Assembly: GCA_043801155.1 (NCBI GenBank)
Contig: JAZDMI010000021.1
Span: 130,683-194,682 of the forward strand
From: Candidatus Gottesmanbacteria bacterium
Lineage (GTDB): Bacteria > Patescibacteriota > Microgenomatia > JAMCYU01
Reading direction: 5' to 3'
Length of the DNA: 64,000 nt
In this document: piece by piece, positions 59,575-64,000 of the stretch
How positions within the stretch are numbered: position 1 is the first letter of the stretch
How the letters are laid out: each line of letters begins with the position of its first letter
The notes under the pieces: model-generated
The model's input: only the letters and a program-made list of their open reading frames with translations
Told to the model about the DNA's origin: nothing
Databases searched by the model: none
Made by a program: the position numbers and the translations under genes

Positions 59575-59575
59575 A

Positions 59576-60115
59576 ATGGATTTAAATAAAAAACATATAG
59601 ATGTTAAAGGATTTACCCTAATTGAACTTTTATTGGTGATTGTGGTTATCGGAGTGCTGGCCACCGTCGGTTTATCAATATTAAATCCTCAGGAAATGAA
59701 CCGCAAAGCCAGAGACAGTAGAAGACTATCAGACTTAGGGATGCTGCGTCGATCACTGGACATGAGCATGTCTGATGGAAATAAGTTACCGAACACTAAT
59801 AAGAATCCTGTAGTGATTGATTCATCAATGAGCCCGTCCACTTTTGGGGGCGGGCTTGGTATAGATATCAGTAAATATATACCATCAATACCTCAAGATC
59901 CTTCATATAGCTCGGGTGGAGATCTCCAAATTGCCAAAGGAGATTGTATTACAGGTACAGCTACCAGTACGATGCAATATGAATTCTCAAGCAACGGGAC
60001 GACGTATATCCTTAGATCTCGTTTGGAATCAGTAAGTAATTGCCGTTTACTATCTGATGATGGTAATAATGATGATTATTATGAATTAGGGACTCAACCT
60101 GGCTTGAAATGGTAA
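59576..60115 (+). CDS. Type IV pilin / GspG-like protein
   Basis: KGFTLIELLLVIVVIGVLA, KARDSRRLSD, IPQDP. Confidence 0.88.
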   Translation: MDLNKKHIDVKGFTLIELLLVIVVIGVLATVGLSILNPQEMNRKARDSRRLSDLGMLRRSLDMSMSDGNKLPNTNKNPVVIDSSMSPSTFGGGLGIDISKYIPSIPQDPSYSSGGDLQIAKGDCITGTATSTMQYEFSSNGTTYILRSRLESVSNCRLLSDDGNNDDYYELGTQPGLKW

Positions 60116-60205
60116 GCTTATCATATTTTTGATATTATTCGATATTTTTATTACCAGTTGACAGGAGTATTCAATTTATAGTATTAAAATAGAGTCAGTT
60201 ATTTT

Positions 60206-61567
60206 ATGGTAAAAAAACTATTTTTATTTCTAGTTTTTGTCATTATTTTTAATGCTCCCGCTTTCGCCCAGACCCCATCTGATTCCGATAAATTTTCACC
60301 TAATGAAATAATTGTTAAATTTAAAGAAAACGTAACCCAAGACCAGATAAATAAACTAAACCAAGAATTAGGTGCTCAAGTATCCAAAAAACTATCCTTA
60401 CCTAAAGTTTTTACCTTAAAGGTGCCTGAAAAACAGACAGCCAAATATGTTGATAAATATAATAAGAGTACCCTAGTTGAATATGCTGAACCTGATTTTC
60501 AAGCCGAAGCGTTACAGGAATTATTACCACCAAATGATACATATTTTAGCAACCAATGGGGTTTACCGAGAGTTCAGGCCTTGGAGGCTTGGGATATCAA
60601 CGAAGGTTCAGCTAGTACTCAAATTGCTATTCTTGACACCGGTATTGATAAAGACCATGAGGATTTAGTTAAAAAGGTAGATAAATGGATTAATTTTACA
60701 GCGAGTATAACCGACGATGATCTATATGGTCATGGAACGCATGTTGCTGGGATTGCGGCAGCGGAAACTGATAACCATCTTGGGGTGGCCGGGTTAGGAT
60801 ATAATACACATCTTATATCGGTGAAAGTCTTAGATGATAAGGGTTCAGGTTATTATTCCTGGATTATTGAAGGAATCAAATGGGCTTCGGATAATAATAT
60901 TAAAGTCATAAATCTTAGTCTTGGTGGTCCCAGTCGCTCTAAAGCCCTCGAGGAAGCCGTAGATTATGCTTTTAATCATGGTTCAATTTTGACTTGTGCT
61001 GCCGGAAATTCAGGTAATAAGTCTCCGACCTACCCGGCTTATTACAAAAATTGTATCGCCATCGCTGCTACTGACGAAAATGATAAAAAAGCTAGTTTCT
61101 CAAGCTTTGGCAGCTGGGTAGATGTGGCTGCTCCGGGTGTAAATATTTTTTCAACATTTCCCAACCACCCTTATAAAATTGGGAAAAACGTAAATTATGG
61201 CTATGGGTCAGGAACTTCAATGGCCACACCATTTGTAGCCGGACTAGCCGGGTTATTATTCGGTGCAGATCCCGGGTTATCAGCAGTAGAGGTCCGTAGT
61301 TTAATTGAAAATAATGCTGATAAAATAGCCGGAACCGGAAATTATTGGTCTAAGGGCAGAATTAATGCCTATCATTCAATTACGGCTATTCCAAGTATAG
61401 CGTTACCTACCAATGTTGAAAAAAATAAACCCAAGACAACACCAACACCCTTACCAGTATCAACTTCTAATGAAATTCCTCTTTCTCCAGCCCCAACTTC
61501 ATCCTCAAATCTGGTCCAAAGCCCGGGTTGGTGTAGTTTGTTAATTCCGCTTTGTCAGGAAAGCTAG
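60206..61567 (+). CDS. Secreted subtilisin/thermitase-like S8 protease
   Basis: ILDTG, HGTHVAG, GTSMATP. Confidence 0.95.
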   Translation: MVKKLFLFLVFVIIFNAPAFAQTPSDSDKFSPNEIIVKFKENVTQDQINKLNQELGAQVSKKLSLPKVFTLKVPEKQTAKYVDKYNKSTLVEYAEPDFQAEALQELLPPNDTYFSNQWGLPRVQALEAWDINEGSASTQIAILDTGIDKDHEDLVKKVDKWINFTASITDDDLYGHGTHVAGIAAAETDNHLGVAGLGYNTHLISVKVLDDKGSGYYSWIIEGIKWASDNNIKVINLSLGGPSRSKALEEAVDYAFNHGSILTCAAGNSGNKSPTYPAYYKNCIAIAATDENDKKASFSSFGSWVDVAAPGVNIFSTFPNHPYKIGKNVNYGYGSGTSMATPFVAGLAGLLFGADPGLSAVEVRSLIENNADKIAGTGNYWSKGRINAYHSITAIPSIALPTNVEKNKPKTTPTPLPVSTSNEIPLSPAPTSSSNLVQSPGWCSLLIPLCQES

Positions 61568-61644
61568 GCAACATTTTTTTTAACTTCGCTTAACTCCATT
61601 AGAACGAAACTTGTAGTTTCGTTTAACTTCGTTATAATATATTT

Positions 61645-62595
61645 ATGAGGTCATTTGCTTTCCGTTTTTTACTTCCTCACGAAAGTAATAATTTTAAACC
61701 ACACTCTCTCCATTTATCGGCCATTGTATTTTATATAATTATTTTTTTGCTTTTACAAACCTCGCTGCGGATTTTAAAGTTGACCCGCCCCGATATATTA
61801 GGTTTTGCTACCGATATAAACATTGAAAAAGTTGTTAATCTAACTAATAATGTCCGAGCAGAAGCCGGGCTTACTCCTTTAAGTCTTAATAATGAATTAT
61901 CAGCCGCAGCAGCAGCCAAAGCCAATGATATGTTTAATAAAAACTATTGGGCTCACTTTGCGCCTGACGGAACAACTCCTTGGATTTTTATTCAAAACGC
62001 AGGCTATCATTATCTTTATGCTGGAGAAAATCTCGCCAAAGACTTTAATGATTCTCCGGGAGTAGTGTCAGCCTGGATGGCATCGCCAACCCACAAAGAT
62101 AATATTTTAAAAAAAGAATATCAGGATATCGGTTTAGCTGTTGTTAATGGTCGATTAGGCGGAGAAGAGACTACTTTAGTAGTGCAACTTTTTGGCACGA
62201 AGCAACCAAGTACCATAGCCGTTAAACCTGTTGTTATTCCTCCGGTAGCAGCTACAAGTCAGACAAGCGAAATAATAGCTTCTCCTACGCCTACGCCTTT
62301 AGCCGAATCTACTCCAATTCCATCACCGGAATTAGTGAGCAATATTAAACCAATGGTTCTTTCAAATATAAAAGTACAAGGTGTTAAACGTAATCCGATA
62401 TTAAATTTTTTTGCCATTAGTAAAGATATGGCGACTATAGTAACTTTACTATTACTTGGTTTGTTAATTATTGACGGAGCTTTTATCTGGCGCAAAAGAA
62501 TTGTTAGGGTTTCTGGACATAATGTTGCCCATGTTATCTTTTTAGCCGGTATGTTAGGCGCACTTTGGGTTACCAGTCAAGGAGTAGTCCTATGA
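61645..62595 (+). CDS. CAP (SCP) domain protein with TM segments
   Basis: YWAH, AGENLA, WMASPTHKDNIL. Confidence 0.9.
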   Translation: MRSFAFRFLLPHESNNFKPHSLHLSAIVFYIIIFLLLQTSLRILKLTRPDILGFATDINIEKVVNLTNNVRAEAGLTPLSLNNELSAAAAAKANDMFNKNYWAHFAPDGTTPWIFIQNAGYHYLYAGENLAKDFNDSPGVVSAWMASPTHKDNILKKEYQDIGLAVVNGRLGGEETTLVVQLFGTKQPSTIAVKPVVIPPVAATSQTSEIIASPTPTPLAESTPIPSPELVSNIKPMVLSNIKVQGVKRNPILNFFAISKDMATIVTLLLLGLLIIDGAFIWRKRIVRVSGHNVAHVIFLAGMLGALWVTSQGVVL

Positions 62596-62894
62596 TAGAA
62601 GATAGATATGATCGCAGTGTTGTTAAACTATCGTTATCCACAATTAACGATGTTAAAACTCATTTTTGGCATTATTTAATTTTGCTAATGATAATTGCTA
62701 TTGGTGGTATTGCCTTTATTAAACAAACAAATATCCAGAATAGATTTTATATTGGTAGTTTGGTTGCCATTGCTTATGTATTTTGGGGAATTTTTCACCA
62801 TTTAATGGAAAAGAACCTAAAATTAAAAATTGTGATAGAATATAGTCTCATTGCCCTTATGGCTGTTGTTTTATTAGGAGGAATATTACTATGA
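62592..62894 (+). CDS. Small membrane protein
   Basis: Three TM segments; YVFWGIFHH, VIEY. Confidence 0.7.
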   Translation: MIEDRYDRSVVKLSLSTINDVKTHFWHYLILLMIIAIGGIAFIKQTNIQNRFYIGSLVAIAYVFWGIFHHLMEKNLKLKIVIEYSLIALMAVVLLGGILL

Positions 62895-63631
62895 AAGGCG
62901 TCATTTTGGCTGGAGGACTTGCTACTAGACTTAGACCTTTAACCTTAGTTACCAATAAACATCTGTTACCGATTTATAATAAACCCATGATTTTTTACCC
63001 CTTAGAAGCAATGAAAAAAGCGGGGGTTAAAGAAGTATTGCTTACAACTTCTCCTGACTATGCTGGACACTTTGCAAATCTTCTTAAGAGTGGAGAAGAT
63101 TTTGGTTTACGTCTATATTATGCAGTGCAAAAAAATCCGAAAGGTGGCATTGCTGATGCCATAGCTTTAGCTGAAGAATTTGCCGAAAATGATAAAACTT
63201 TAGTTATTTTAGGAGATAATATTTTTAATTTTGACTTAAAAAATACGGTAGAGAGGTTTAATAAAAAAAAGCAGGGGGCTATGGTCTTTGGAGTAAAAAT
63301 GCCAACAGAATCAAAACAGTATGGTGTGATTGAGATTGAAAAAACAGGAAAGGTTTTGTCTATCGAAGAAAAACCAGAACATCCCAGATCGAATATTGCC
63401 CAAACCGGAATTTATATGTATGATGAAAGACTATTTGGGTTTATAAAGAAACTTAAACAATCAGCAAGAGGTGAATTAGAAGTTACAGATTTAAACAATT
63501 GTTATGTTGAAGAAGGATCAATGGTATGTGAAGTTATTGACTGGTGGGTAGACGCTGGAACCTCTCACGATGAACTCCTGCGAGCAAACAACCTAGTTGC
63601 TGAGAAGATAAATCAAGGAGAGTTAATTTAA
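62891..63631 (+). CDS. Glucose-1-phosphate thymidylyltransferase-like sugar nucleotidyltransferase
   Basis: GVILAGGLATRLRP, KHLLP, LGDN, EKP, RGELEVTD, WVDAGT. Confidence 0.9.
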   Translation: MKGVILAGGLATRLRPLTLVTNKHLLPIYNKPMIFYPLEAMKKAGVKEVLLTTSPDYAGHFANLLKSGEDFGLRLYYAVQKNPKGGIADAIALAEEFAENDKTLVILGDNIFNFDLKNTVERFNKKKQGAMVFGVKMPTESKQYGVIEIEKTGKVLSIEEKPEHPRSNIAQTGIYMYDERLFGFIKKLKQSARGELEVTDLNNCYVEEGSMVCEVIDWWVDAGTSHDELLRANNLVAEKINQGELI

Positions 63632-63648
63632 ATTAATACACCATTAAT

Positions 63649-63777
63649 GCTAATAATCTTTTATTGAGAAAGGGAATCTGCGTTGGTTAAGACTTAAAGA
63701 GTTTTTGGTTAGACGTAGGAACCTTTAAAAGTCTATATTTGGCTAATAAATATTGGGCGGAAAAGGGGATGAGATAG
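63649..63777 (+). pseudogene. Frameshifted C-terminal remnant of a second nucleotidyltransferase
   Basis: ANNL / IEKGNLRWLRLKEF / WLDVGTFKSLYLANKYWAEK read across two frameshifts. Confidence 0.6.
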
Positions 63778-63784
63778 GTATTCC

Positions 63785-64000
63785 ATGAAGAAGACCTGGT
63801 TAACGTTATCATCAAAAGTATTACATGGGAACGACTATTTTTCTCTATACGAGGATACTTATCAAAAACCTAATGGATTAATAAGTAAATATTTTTTTAT
63901 AAAAAAAAGACCTTTTGTGTCCATTATCCCCTTTGCATCGGAAAATGAAATTTATTTAGTTAGACAATTTCGTTATACAATACAAGAACATACATGGGAA
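63785..64000 (+). CDS. NUDIX (ADP-ribose pyrophosphatase-like) protein, 3'-truncated by the window
   Basis: My translation: MKKTWLTLSSK...IYLVRQFRYTIQEHTWE. Confidence 0.75.
   Translation, partial: MKKTWLTLSSKVLHGNDYFSLYEDTYQKPNGLISKYFFIKKRPFVSIIPFASENEIYLVRQFRYTIQEHTWE

Noticed and set aside
61579-61631. Hairpin AACGAAACT-TGT-AGTTTCGTT flanked by a TTTAACTTCG direct repeat
   Set aside because: It is short and single-copy in this window, and most simply a terminator or local duplication.
1403-62495. Numerous 60-130 aa ORFs antisense to or nested within long genes
   Set aside because: Shadow ORFs with no recognisable motifs, overlapping well-supported genes.
1-64000. CRISPR array, rRNA, integrase, reverse transcriptase or IS transposase
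   Set aside because: No regularly spaced repeat-spacer array and no recognisable motifs were seen; the repeats found are dispersed.

Overview
This is an AT-rich, gene-dense bacterial chromosome segment read with the standard bacterial code (RF2 is present and TGA is used as a stop). Gene content and style suggest Patescibacteria/CPR, probably Microgenomates; that placement is inference. Core content: aspS fused to a YbaK editing domain, gltX, class I lysS, serS, tRNA-Gln(CTG), tRNA-Glu(CTC), an Rrf2-sufCBSU operon followed by a 2-oxoacid:ferredoxin oxidoreductase, lon (with a CIRCE), greA, secA, prfB, ftsEX plus an M23 protein, tsaE/C/B, a 2203-aa sortase-associated surface protein, a type IV pilus-like operon, a subtilase and a sugar nucleotidyltransferase. 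The most striking unannotated signals are as follows. (1) Three divergent copies of a ~140-nt structured element show extensive compensatory base changes; two are intergenic and one sits in frame inside a methyltransferase. (2) A pair of inverted palindromic arms brackets a GIY-YIG nuclease gene, and a near-identical pair brackets the YbaK domain fused to AspRS. (3) The giant surface protein has an internal LPATG sorting signal running directly into a second signal peptide, and it is flanked by one active and one catalytically dead sortase. (4) The M23 peptidase is circularly permuted. (5) A structured locus upstream of secA encodes a 9-aa Lys-rich peptide behind a perfect Shine-Dalgarno. All calls come from reading the sequence by eye; no searches were run.
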